Positions 27,494 through 37,000 of a DNA stretch of 64,000 nt are shown piece after piece. Below the pieces are notes generated by a model. The model worked only from the letters and a program-made list of their open reading frames with translations, was not told where the DNA came from and ran no database searches. A program made the translations under genes and the position numbers. The stretch spans positions 1-64,000 of the IMG/VR virus record IMGVR_UViG_3300023239_000006; one strand, given 5' to 3'. The stretch's first letter is position 1; every line of letters starts with the position of its first letter. This stretch comes from an uncultured virus (IMG/VR IMGVR_UViG_3300023239_000006). Lineage: Duplodnaviria; Heunggongvirae; Uroviricota; Caudoviricetes.

Positions 27494-29301
27494 GCTCTAG
27501 CATTATGCTCAATCTCTACCAGCATTCTAACTGCCGGGAAATAGATGTAATTAATTCCGGAATTATACAGAGTACGCATAGCATCGTCAATAGTTTCAAC
27601 TAATGGCTCACCGCCTAAATTAAAACTAGTATTAAACAATGCAGGAACTCCTGTTTGATTTTTAAATTCTTTAATTAAATTATACCAATGAAAGTTTTGC
27701 TCTTCAGTTACAGTTTGAATTCTACATGTACCATCGATGTGTATAACTGCTGGAATCTTTTCTTCTATTCCCGGCTGACAATTAACAGCATACATCATCG
27801 AAGGAGAATCTTCCATGCCTCTTAGATCGAACCAATCATGCACATCGTCCTGTAGTACAGATGCAGCAAATGGTCTAAAGTATTCTCGCTTCTTAATTAA
27901 ATTAACAAAATCTTTACCATCTGTAAATGTTGGATCAAACATCAGTGATCGATTGCCTAATGCACGCGGTCCGTTTTCACATCTTTCTTGAAATAATGCT
28001 ACAATGTTCTTTGATCGGATAGTATTAATAATATCTTTGTAATCAACATCTAGTGTTACGCTTCCGCCGTATTTGCTTGCAGTCTCTATCACTGCATCTT
28101 CAGTAATGCGCTGCACTGGCCCAAGATATAGTCCTTCGTCTTTAGCTCTAATTTTCCTATCTTGTGTAACTTTATAGTAATGATAAAGTGCTGCACCCAT
28201 TGCGGTGCCAGCATCGCTTGATATTGGCTCAACATATATCTTTACGCCTTTTGGTAAGTGCTGTAGATAGAAATAGTTAGCTACGCAATTTAAAGCATAT
28301 CCTCCGCTAATAACAATATTTTTATTGCCAGTACGTTCAATTGATTTTAGAATTAAGTCTAGCACCAATTGCTGAGATTCAGTTTGAACATTGTACGCCA
28401 TATTTCTTCTAGAGGACAATAGCGTTACATCTTCTGCATTAGCTTCAAGCATTTGTTGTTCGTAACGCTGCCTCTGTTGTTGATCAGTAGGGTCTGTTAC
28501 TGCTCTATGAATTACTGTTGGATTATGTAGCCTATCATCTAGCTCGTCGTATAGTTCTTCATTGACCAATGCTCCATTGGGATAGGTTGGTACGATTAAA
28601 TTCTTATTTGCACCAATTTTTTCATAAATCTTTGGTGCTTTATTTGGTTCACCGTATGGGAATAGTCCCATAGTTTTACCTGCTTCGATTGAATGCCACC
28701 CGCAAAATCTAGTAACGGCTTCGTATGCTTTAACAATGCCTGCTCTATCACTAATTACAACTTCACATCCGTTATGGTGAATCTCAGTTGCCCACGGTCC
28801 GTTTCCAGCACAGTGTTTATACACTTCTGTAAACACTGAAGGATATGATACGTCATATATACTTTCTACTTCCCACATTGTGTCGCCATCGTGACGTTTA
28901 ATAAAAGTGCCAGCACCATCTACAATAATAGCACTTGCTTTATCAAACCCAGATCTATAAAATGCACATGCAGCATGATTTCTATGATGTTGATCATGGT
29001 ACTCAGCTACTTGTGTACTAACATCATCAATCAGCCCAACTTTTCTTGCTAGAGAAGAATAAATATTTTCACCAGTGTAATCAACTCTTGCATTACATTC
29101 ATCAGTGTGTGAAATTACCAAATAATCAATTTTATCAGTATAGTCAAGTATTTTTAAAATGCTAGCAAACGGGCCGCCGTCATACTTCTGTCGAGTTAAT
29201 CTTTCTTCTTCGATAGCAAATACAATTTCTCCATCTTTTAAAAGACAAACTCCTGCATTATGTCCTCGAGCAATACCTGCGATATAACCTGTTTTTTGCA
29301 T
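27490..29301 (-). CDS. O-carbamoyltransferase (NodU/CmcH/TobZ family)
   Basis: EEERLTR.K, HH..HA, GK.MGL..YG, SGGYALNCVAN, GPRALGNRS, KKRE.FRPFA, NTSFN; start at 29301 chosen for AGGA SD (ORF open to 29319). Confidence 0.93.
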   Translation of the reverse strand: MQKTGYIAGIARGHNAGVCLLKDGEIVFAIEEERLTRQKYDGGPFASILKILDYTDKIDYLVISHTDECNARVDYTGENIYSSLARKVGLIDDVSTQVAEYHDQHHRNHAACAFYRSGFDKASAIIVDGAGTFIKRHDGDTMWEVESIYDVSYPSVFTEVYKHCAGNGPWATEIHHNGCEVVISDRAGIVKAYEAVTRFCGWHSIEAGKTMGLFPYGEPNKAPKIYEKIGANKNLIVPTYPNGALVNEELYDELDDRLHNPTVIHRAVTDPTDQQQRQRYEQQMLEANAEDVTLLSSRRNMAYNVQTESQQLVLDLILKSIERTGNKNIVISGGYALNCVANYFYLQHLPKGVKIYVEPISSDAGTAMGAALYHYYKVTQDRKIRAKDEGLYLGPVQRITEDAVIETASKYGGSVTLDVDYKDIINTIRSKNIVALFQERCENGPRALGNRSLMFDPTFTDGKDFVNLIKKREYFRPFAASVLQDDVHDWFDLRGMEDSPSMMYAVNCQPGIEEKIPAVIHIDGTCRIQTVTEEQNFHWYNLIKEFKNQTGVPALFNTSFNLGGEPLVETIDDAMRTLYNSGINYIYFPAVRMLVEIEHNARA

Positions 29302-29324
29302 TATTTTTCCTTGTAGCATTTATT

Positions 29325-30311
29325 TTAAGAACAACCGGGAGTAGAACAACCAGCAAGTTGTTTAGGTTCAGTATATGTACTGGTAGTTTTACTTAAAGTA
29401 GTTTTAATTCCTTTAGTAAGTGTCTTGATAGTTTCGTCATTAAGTTTCATTAAATTTTCGTTATGCCTATCAATTCTAATATCTACTACAACTCTTATTG
29501 GAGAATATCGTCTTTCGTCTTTGCCATTATCTAGTATCGTAAGTGTACTGCTACTAGGATACGAAATATTTTCTGGGAATGTGCTGCCTATAACCACTGT
29601 ACCTGGTTTGTTTAGAGCATGTGCAATATGCTGTCCAACTGAGTCGCAACCTAAAAAATAATCAGCAGCATTAACAATTCCGGTCCATTGTAATAGGCTA
29701 ACACTCTCCGGAACCATTACTCCTAATGCTTTATTTGTAGGAATTTTTAACTCGCTCATCATTATAACGGCGTAATTTTTATTCAGTTCTTCGAGTATTT
29801 TTATAATATCGTCAACTTCAAATGATCTACCACTTTCGTCAATTATAACATCGCCTTGTATTCTAGCTGTAGATCCGAATGGTTGAAATATTACTACTTG
29901 TTGCTTTTTAAAATGATTCCTAGCTTCATTAACTAGTTCGTTTGATGTTACAATGTCTTTTTTACCAATAAAGATATTGTATTCTTTTGTTTCTGGAATA
30001 GTTTCGGGCGGAACGTCGTAGTTAATCAACATATCAAATGCTTGGACAAGATTGCATCGTTGAGTAAAGTATGCGTTTAGTTTGTACGGTTCGGGAGTAA
30101 TTATTTCTCTGTCTTTTAATTTTTCAAAAAGATTCGGGTCGTTAGCAGGATGTACATTACTTGCTAAGATTTTGCTAGTTAAATATAAATCGATCCAACC
30201 TTCGACAATAATAACTACAGTCGGATCGATATGTTTGACGTAATATTCTAGTGCGGGAATTGCACATAGTACTCTGCCTGCGCCGCCATTTATAAAAAAT
30301 GCTTTTTTCAT
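29325..30311 (-). CDS. Glycosyltransferase, GT9/heptosyltransferase-like
   Basis: GGAGRVLC..PAL N-terminus; FLGCDS..QHIA.A..KP motif. Confidence 0.75.
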   Translation of the reverse strand: MKKAFFINGGAGRVLCAIPALEYYVKHIDPTVVIIVEGWIDLYLTSKILASNVHPANDPNLFEKLKDREIITPEPYKLNAYFTQRCNLVQAFDMLINYDVPPETIPETKEYNIFIGKKDIVTSNELVNEARNHFKKQQVVIFQPFGSTARIQGDVIIDESGRSFEVDDIIKILEELNKNYAVIMMSELKIPTNKALGVMVPESVSLLQWTGIVNAADYFLGCDSVGQHIAHALNKPGTVVIGSTFPENISYPSSSTLTILDNGKDERRYSPIRVVVDIRIDRHNENLMKLNDETIKTLTKGIKTTLSKTTSTYTEPKQLAGCSTPGCS

Positions 30312-30347
30312 TAATATTACAACCTTTGATAACTCATCGTATTATAA

Positions 30348-30353
30348 TATTTA
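30348..30353 (-). promoter_or_regulatory. Late box upstream of the tailoring-enzyme operon
   Basis: TAAATA on minus, 37 nt upstream of the GT start. Confidence 0.5.
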
Positions 30354-30427
30354 TTGTGAAGTATGTACCTCTAAGAACAATGTGGCTGTTAAGTATTGTG
30401 CCGTTTCCAGCATAATACTATTTAAGA

Positions 30428-31144
30428 TTACTTAACGCCAGCAGGTAGCTGTGACAATGCATCATTGTCTATATCAGTTCTATCAGCAATTCTAATAACA
30501 TCAACGTATGGGTCATTAAATTCCATATCAACAGAGTCATCGGGGCTCATTGGAAATCTTATTAGGTAGCCTGGAACTCCTGCCCAATCTGCTGGCAAAT
30601 CTCTAAGTTTTTGTCTGTATGTCATCCATTGTTCTTTTAATGCAGCAGGCATATCTGATGCAAGTCTACCGTCACTAGCTGCTAATAGTGAGTTTCTTTC
30701 AATTTTAGTAAACTCTATTGACCTATCTCGTAGGTACTCAAAGAACGAAAGAGGTGCAGTATAGTCGCTATCTACAGTCTCTCTATTGTAAACTATTCTA
30801 ACATCGGACGGATCTACAACTGTAGCATTTGCCGCATCAGCTGGGCCAACTGCAACTTCGTAAATTTTTGGCTTGTCGAATCCGCTGTGTATTAATCCAA
30901 TTCTAATACAGTTTTCGTCAGTGTCTGCTTTTAAGATCTCTCTTTTAAGATCCAATGGCAGCGGTTGTGCTGGCTCATTTTCTGCTTCCCACGATTGTGT
31001 AACCCGGCCGGTATCTTTACTAATCCAAAGTATCAATTCGGCTGGACCGTTGTACAACTGTGTACTAGTTTTACCCAACGTAGTTGCAGTTGAGTACATT
31101 TCATCTGGTACGCTATATGTTAGCATTTTAGTTATTTTTGCCAT
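30428..31144 (-). CDS. Tail fibre assembly chaperone-like protein
   Basis: ERNSLLAASD...W..YRQKLRDLP motif. Confidence 0.7.
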   Translation of the reverse strand: MAKITKMLTYSVPDEMYSTATTLGKTSTQLYNGPAELILWISKDTGRVTQSWEAENEPAQPLPLDLKREILKADTDENCIRIGLIHSGFDKPKIYEVAVGPADAANATVVDPSDVRIVYNRETVDSDYTAPLSFFEYLRDRSIEFTKIERNSLLAASDGRLASDMPAALKEQWMTYRQKLRDLPADWAGVPGYLIRFPMSPDDSVDMEFNDPYVDVIRIADRTDIDNDALSQLPAGVK

Positions 31145-31154
31145 TTTATTCTCC

Positions 31155-31982
31155 TTAACTATACGTTATTTTAACTAGGCCGCCGGCGCCAAAACTACCC
31201 CAACATGCACTTGATGAGTCAGTTGCGTGTCCCGCGCCCCCGCCACCTGGGAACGCCGCGTGTGCAGAGCAACAGGCTAAGTTCCCAACACATCGATGTT
31301 TTCCGCCTATGCCATGAGGAGCAGTAAATGGTCCACTTGGTCCACCTGCTACTGAGAATGCATCTGCACAACAGTTATACTGCCTGTTAAATGATCCCGT
31401 AGTTCCTCTAAATTCAATATCGCCGCCATAAGTTGGTGAGTTGCAGCTATGGTTGACCCAACCTGCGTTGTAGTTACCTCTGTCACATTGAGTATTACCA
31501 ATATGACAGTTATAACAGTTTGATGTCATATCCCAGCTAGTTGAGCCGCCCATGCCGCCAATTGCACAGAAATTACTTAGGCCAGTTCCCTGAACCCAAC
31601 TAGTACATCCATGACGGCAGTTCATGTTACATGAACAGCAGCAGCTACAGTTTGACGAACCAGCAGCACACACAGTATACCCAGTACCATCTCCAAATCC
31701 ATGCACTGATTTAGTCAATGTCTTTGCGGTATAATTGCCGCCTGCGCCTCCTACACCGTGGTCATAGTCACCACCTGAGGAGCCGCCTGGGCCGCCTCCT
31801 GATAATATTTCAAACTTTATAGAAGTAGTTCCTGCTGGGGCTATAAATTGACAGCATCTTCCGCCGTTTTCTGGCGTCCAGTTGTTTGTATTATATACCC
31901 ATATTTCTTTAACTTCAGCAATTGCGCATTGGTGCTGTCCATTAGCATATACTATACCGTTATTTGATAATTGTACTGGCAT
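31155..31982 (-). CDS. Cys/Gly-rich fibre-tip/adhesin-like protein, paralog B
   Basis: Glycine-rich loops (GGGPGG, PGGGG, G.GGLVKITY) and about 22 Cys. Confidence 0.65.
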   Translation of the reverse strand: MPVQLSNNGIVYANGQHQCAIAEVKEIWVYNTNNWTPENGGRCCQFIAPAGTTSIKFEILSGGGPGGSSGGDYDHGVGGAGGNYTAKTLTKSVHGFGDGTGYTVCAAGSSNCSCCCSCNMNCRHGCTSWVQGTGLSNFCAIGGMGGSTSWDMTSNCYNCHIGNTQCDRGNYNAGWVNHSCNSPTYGGDIEFRGTTGSFNRQYNCCADAFSVAGGPSGPFTAPHGIGGKHRCVGNLACCSAHAAFPGGGGAGHATDSSSACWGSFGAGGLVKITYS

Positions 31983-31997
31983 TTTTTTTATTTCCTC

Positions 31998-32825
31998 TTA
32001 ACTATATGTTATTTTAACTAGGCCGCCGGCACCAAAGCTGCCCCAACATGCATTTGATGACATTGTTGTGTGACCTGCTCCGCCGCCACCTGGATAAGCC
32101 GCATGTGCAGAACAACAGGCTAAGTTGCCAACACATGGATGCTTTCCGCCTATGCCGTGGGCAGCACTTATTGGTCCTGATGGAGAACCTGCAACTGAGA
32201 AGTGGTCTGCACAACAGCTGTACTCTCGGTTCATAGATCCAGCTGTACCTCTAAATTCCATATCGCCGCCATAAGTCGGTGAGTTGCAGGCATTTGCCTG
32301 CCAGCTAGAGTTGTATAATCCTAGATTACACTGGACATTGCCAATGTGACAGTTATAACATTGACTCATCTTGTCCCAGATCGTTGGGCCACCCATGCCG
32401 CCAATAGCGCAGAAATTACTTAGACCTGTTCCTTGGACCCAACCTGTGCATCCATGACGGCAGTTTACGTTACACGAACAACAGCAACTACAATCCGATG
32501 TGCCAGCGGCGCATACTGTATATGTTTGACCATCTGTAAATCCATGCACTGATTTTTGTAGTGTTTTTGCAGTATAATTGCCGCCCTGTCCGCCTATACC
32601 ATAATCATAGTCGCCGCCTGATGAGCCACCTGGCCCGCCGCCTGATAGTATTTCAAACTTTATAGAAGTAGTCCCTGTAGGCACAACCCAGCCACAACAT
32701 CTGCCACCATTTGCAGGCGACCAATGGTTTCCGTTATAAACATAAACTTCTATTTTTTCTTCAATCGTACACTTATGTTGATTGTTGGAATAAATAATAC
32801 CGCAATTTGATAGTTGCACTGCCAT
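31998..32825 (-). CDS. Cys/Gly-rich fibre-tip/adhesin-like protein, paralog A
   Basis: Same length (275 aa) and colinear with paralog B. Confidence 0.65.
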   Translation of the reverse strand: MAVQLSNCGIIYSNNQHKCTIEEKIEVYVYNGNHWSPANGGRCCGWVVPTGTTSIKFEILSGGGPGGSSGGDYDYGIGGQGGNYTAKTLQKSVHGFTDGQTYTVCAAGTSDCSCCCSCNVNCRHGCTGWVQGTGLSNFCAIGGMGGPTIWDKMSQCYNCHIGNVQCNLGLYNSSWQANACNSPTYGGDMEFRGTAGSMNREYSCCADHFSVAGSPSGPISAAHGIGGKHPCVGNLACCSAHAAYPGGGGAGHTTMSSNACWGSFGAGGLVKITYS

Positions 32826-32827
32826 TA

Positions 32828-33718
32828 TTAAATCTCTCTTTTAATATTGTCAATTTCTTCTTTTAGAGTTTTAATAGACTCTATTAACAAAGGAATTATC
32901 TTATTATAATTTACAGCAAGATACCCGTCGTCTCTTTGGACTACAGCTGATGGCAATACTTCCTTTACTTCTTGAGCAATAACTCCCACGTCTAGCGTAG
33001 TTCGCTCTGGATGTAGTTCTTGCGCAATGCTATTCCAGTAATACTCATATCCTGATATTTTTAATAGTTTTTCTAAGCTATTATCAATTTTTGTAATATT
33101 TTCTTTTAGTCTAATATCAGAAGCAGCAAATGCAACAATATCGCCGCCTACATATAGTGATCCACCAATGCCTGCCCCGCCAGTTACAACTAATGCGCCC
33201 GTAGTCTTACTTGATGACCCTGTAGAAGCACTAGCTCTTAGTTCAGAGGAAGATACTGTTCCGGTACTAGGTTGATATGTCAGTTTTGAACTCGACACAC
33301 TAACTGATGTTGCTGCGCCTGATGTAGCAGTGGTAAACAACGGATACTGAAAAGTTGCTGTAGTAATTTCATCACCAATTATAACTGACTTCGATGACCA
33401 ACTTAGTGTACCTGCTGCATTTGTAGTTAATACCTGATCGCTAGATCCGTCAGTTGCCGGTAATGTCCAGATTACGTCTGATACAATAGTTGCAGGAGGT
33501 TTAAAACCTACCCAATTTGAACTATCAGCATCTGAAAATCTTAACTCGCTCTGGGTGCTTAACTCAAAAGCCGTGGTAGAAATTAATATGCCGCCAGCTC
33601 CAGGACTAATGGTAATATTTTGATCGTCTGCTGTAGCAAGTTCTGCATTGGCCGAAATCTGAATAGTTCCTATAAATGTCGAACTACCTGCCAGTCCGCC
33701 TGTAATTTTTCTTGCCAT
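32828..33718 (-). CDS. Tail fibre protein with C-terminal intramolecular chaperone (peptidase S74)
   Basis: SDIRLKENI, GVIAQEV..VLP.AV, V.Y.KIIPLLIE.IK.L. Confidence 0.85.
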   Translation of the reverse strand: MARKITGGLAGSSTFIGTIQISANAELATADDQNITISPGAGGILISTTAFELSTQSELRFSDADSSNWVGFKPPATIVSDVIWTLPATDGSSDQVLTTNAAGTLSWSSKSVIIGDEITTATFQYPLFTTATSGAATSVSVSSSKLTYQPSTGTVSSSELRASASTGSSSKTTGALVVTGGAGIGGSLYVGGDIVAFAASDIRLKENITKIDNSLEKLLKISGYEYYWNSIAQELHPERTTLDVGVIAQEVKEVLPSAVVQRDDGYLAVNYNKIIPLLIESIKTLKEEIDNIKREI

Positions 33719-33732
33719 GATATTATCCTTTT

Positions 33733-34053
33733 TTAAACTGTGGCGGTTTCAATACCATATACTATTGCATTAACGCTAATAGCACTTGATCTTACAACCA
33801 GTAACTTTCCTGCATCTAGTACAATACCAGTACGCTCTAACACACCCTTTGCTAGTAAAGTTATATCAAATTCTAGATACTCGTCGACACCCGGAGTTGA
33901 GGTATCACAAATTGCCAGTTGAACTGTTGCCGAACCACTTCCGCGATTACATACACTAACTGTTACTACTGCAAATGTATCAGCAGGGCAAGTATACACC
34001 GTAGTGTTAGTTGCTGCTGTTAAATCTGCTGTTCCTAATCTTCCTGTTGCCAT
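33733..34053 (-). CDS. Small virion protein (family with 47464-47796 and 50640-51014)
   Basis: About 110-aa beta-rich ORF with VCN motif and shared C-terminal pattern. Confidence 0.6.
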   Translation of the reverse strand: MATGRLGTADLTAATNTTVYTCPADTFAVVTVSVCNRGSGSATVQLAICDTSTPGVDEYLEFDITLLAKGVLERTGIVLDAGKLLVVRSSAISVNAIVYGIETATV

Positions 34054-34073
34054 AATTTATTTCTCCAATGTAT

Positions 34074-37000
34074 TTAGTTTAAAAAGTAGTTGAATGCTAG
34101 TGGTAAGCCTATTACTCCACCACGGAATTCAAAAGTTGCATTCATCTTAATCGGTGTACCTGTAACTGTAGTAATTACATTACTGCTAATAAAAATAGCA
34201 CCTGCTGTTACGCTATTTACGTTCAACGATGCGCCACCGCCACCAATTTGTGAAGCAATAAATGCTTTAATTGCTCGCTGTGTTGGTACAATATTATCGC
34301 TATCTGCTGTAAAGAACGGATCTGTTGAGAATTCTGTAATAGTTGCTGATCCGCCACCAAGTGTAACATTACCTAGATTAAGTTCCTGTAGACCACTAAT
34401 ATTAAACGCATCAGCATTCAATGTAGCAATACCAGTCGACTGCTCAATAGCAAACAAACTACCAACTCGGAAGTTGCCGTCTTGGTCAGTTGAAGTAAAG
34501 AATACTCGTCCGCCGTCAGCTTCAACCGTCTCGTTACCCGGTATTGGATCTTGCAATGGATCATTAGGGTAGTTACTTTCTGTGAAGCTACCTGTACCAA
34601 TGTCTAAGAAATCGTGTCCAGTTAATCGTACCTGACTGTAGCGCAATCTAGTAGTTACACCCTCTAAATGTTCAGGAGCTTGACTGATTGTTAATTGAGG
34701 ACTTATTTGTAAGAATGCTGTATATTCTCCATCATTCGTACCAAGGAAAGTTACAATATTTACTAACTTAAAAGTTACTCCTGGTACACCATCGAACACT
34801 ACGTTAGATCCAGCTACTGGACGTGTTGCTAGTTGTCGAACTGCAACAAAACTACCTGTTTGATAGTTATCAGCAAATCCGTCGCCACTACCTATCTCAG
34901 CACTTGCTGTTTCGTACTGGATTCCGCGATTAATAAATGACGGGTTGGCTAATGTTCCTTTACCTGTTCTGACTGTAAATGGTGCTTCGAAGATATTGTT
35001 AGGGTCAGTAATGGTCATTGTTGGCAATGAAGCATAACCCGATCCAGGTTCTAAGATATTAATTGCAAATATTTTACCGTTAGCTACTTGCGCTCTTGCT
35101 CGGGCACGGGTGCTAGCAGTTATCACACTAACATTAGATGCGCCGCTGTTACTAATTGTTACAAATTTACCAATTCTATTTGTATTTCCAAATACTACGG
35201 CTACACTGTTACTTGTACTAATAGTTCTTGAAGTCCAAACAACTCCGTCTGGAGAGCTAGCTGCTGTTGTACCTGCGCCTACTGCAACAAATGTTCCTTG
35301 GCCGTAAGCAACTGACAGGTAAGCAGCACTAATAATAGTGCTAGCTACCCAAGTAATGCCGTCTAAGCTGAAAGCTGCTGCTGTTCCGCTAGTACTTGAT
35401 ACTGCAACAAATCTATTATTGCCAAATTCAACACTCTTCCAGTTAGTGCTAGATGGTAAAGCAGCCGTAACCCAGGTTAAACCGTAATTTATAGAGTATG
35501 CTGCTTGAGTTCCGCCTGAAGCTACTGCAACAAATTTTCCAGCACCGTAAGTAACGCTAGTCCAAGTAGTGCTTGCAGGCAATACTGCTCCGGCTACCCA
35601 TGTTAGTCCGCCGTTTGTGCTATATGCATTTGCAGTTCCGCCCGTAGCAACTGCAACCCATACTCCGCCACCGTAGGCAATACTAGTCCAAGTAGTAGTT
35701 GCAGGTAAGTTTCCGCCGGCTGTCCAATTAATTCCGCCATCGACTGAGCGTGTAGTTGTGTTAGAGCCAGTTGCAATTGCAACTATTATAGAATTAACTG
35801 CTACAACTGTTCCAGTGCCTGTAGTAGCGCCTGTGGCAATAAATGTAGTTCCAACAAAGTTGTTTACTGCTCCTACTGTATTGAACAACGAATCACCTAA
35901 TACTGTAATCTTATATGCTGTTCCAGCTACTAGACTGTCAGCGGTGATAGCTGTAATATCTTGTCCAGATGCAGCGGCAATCCAATCTCTGCTAGCAGAT
36001 AGTGTTCTTGAGGTCCATGTGCCGCCGATTGATGTTTCAGCTGTAGCACTTCCTGACAACAATGCAACAAAATTGCCGCCAACTCCGCTACCAGTAGTGT
36101 CAACTGCAAGTACTGCACCAGATAGGCTGTTAATTGCTGTGATAGTGATAGTGATATCATTGGTTGTGCTAACACCGCCTAGCGATGTCCCTGCAATTGT
36201 TAGAGTGTTTAATCTAACATATCCAGTTCCGGCAGCGGCAATACTTACAAGGTACTTGGTTCCTTTCTTGATAACATTAAATGTAGCGCCAGTTCCTGTG
36301 CCGCCTGTGCCAGCAACTCCGAGGTAAGTAGTTACTGCTGATGCAAATTTTACATCAGTGTATGTACCAGCAGTTGGAAGCCCTGTTCCTGCCGCAGAAG
36401 CATATGATGGTGCTGTAAACGTTAATCTTGGTTCAACAGTGTACGTAGTACTTGCATCCGGAGAAGCAATAGTAGTTCCTGCTACAAAATGTTCCCACCC
36501 TGCTGCGCCTGTAGATTCGGTAATTATTGTGGCAATTTTGGTACCGGTGTTGTATGTATCGATGATACCAAACTGGCCTACTCCTGTTCCGCCAGTAATT
36601 ACTACCTTCATTCCAATATATCCTGTACTAATTGTACTATCAGTAGCAGCTAGTGTAATTTGCGTAGTAGATCCTGCTTGAGCTGTGTTGGAGTTAGTTA
36701 GGTATCCTGAGCCGCCAAACTCGCCATTAAGCCCATCTTCTGCTAATTGCACCAATCTAACTTGGTAAACTGCATCGTCTCGGAACTCGTCCGCTTCAGA
36801 AGTAGCATTAATTCCGCCGCCCGTTAGTACAAATTGTGCATCAGTGTAGTCTATACCTGCATTACTAAACTCTAAACCAATAAACTGTGCGCCAGTTGTA
36901 GTTACATTACCGACTGTTGCAACAAACTGCAATATGTTATCGACTACCGCAGTGTTTGGTGTTTCGCGATCGTCGAATCCTTCTGCTACAGAACCAAAAT

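Noticed and set aside
31155..32825. Diversity-generating retroelement TR/VR pair
   Set aside because: Both copies are full genes, differences are not adenine-specific, and no reverse transcriptase lies in the window
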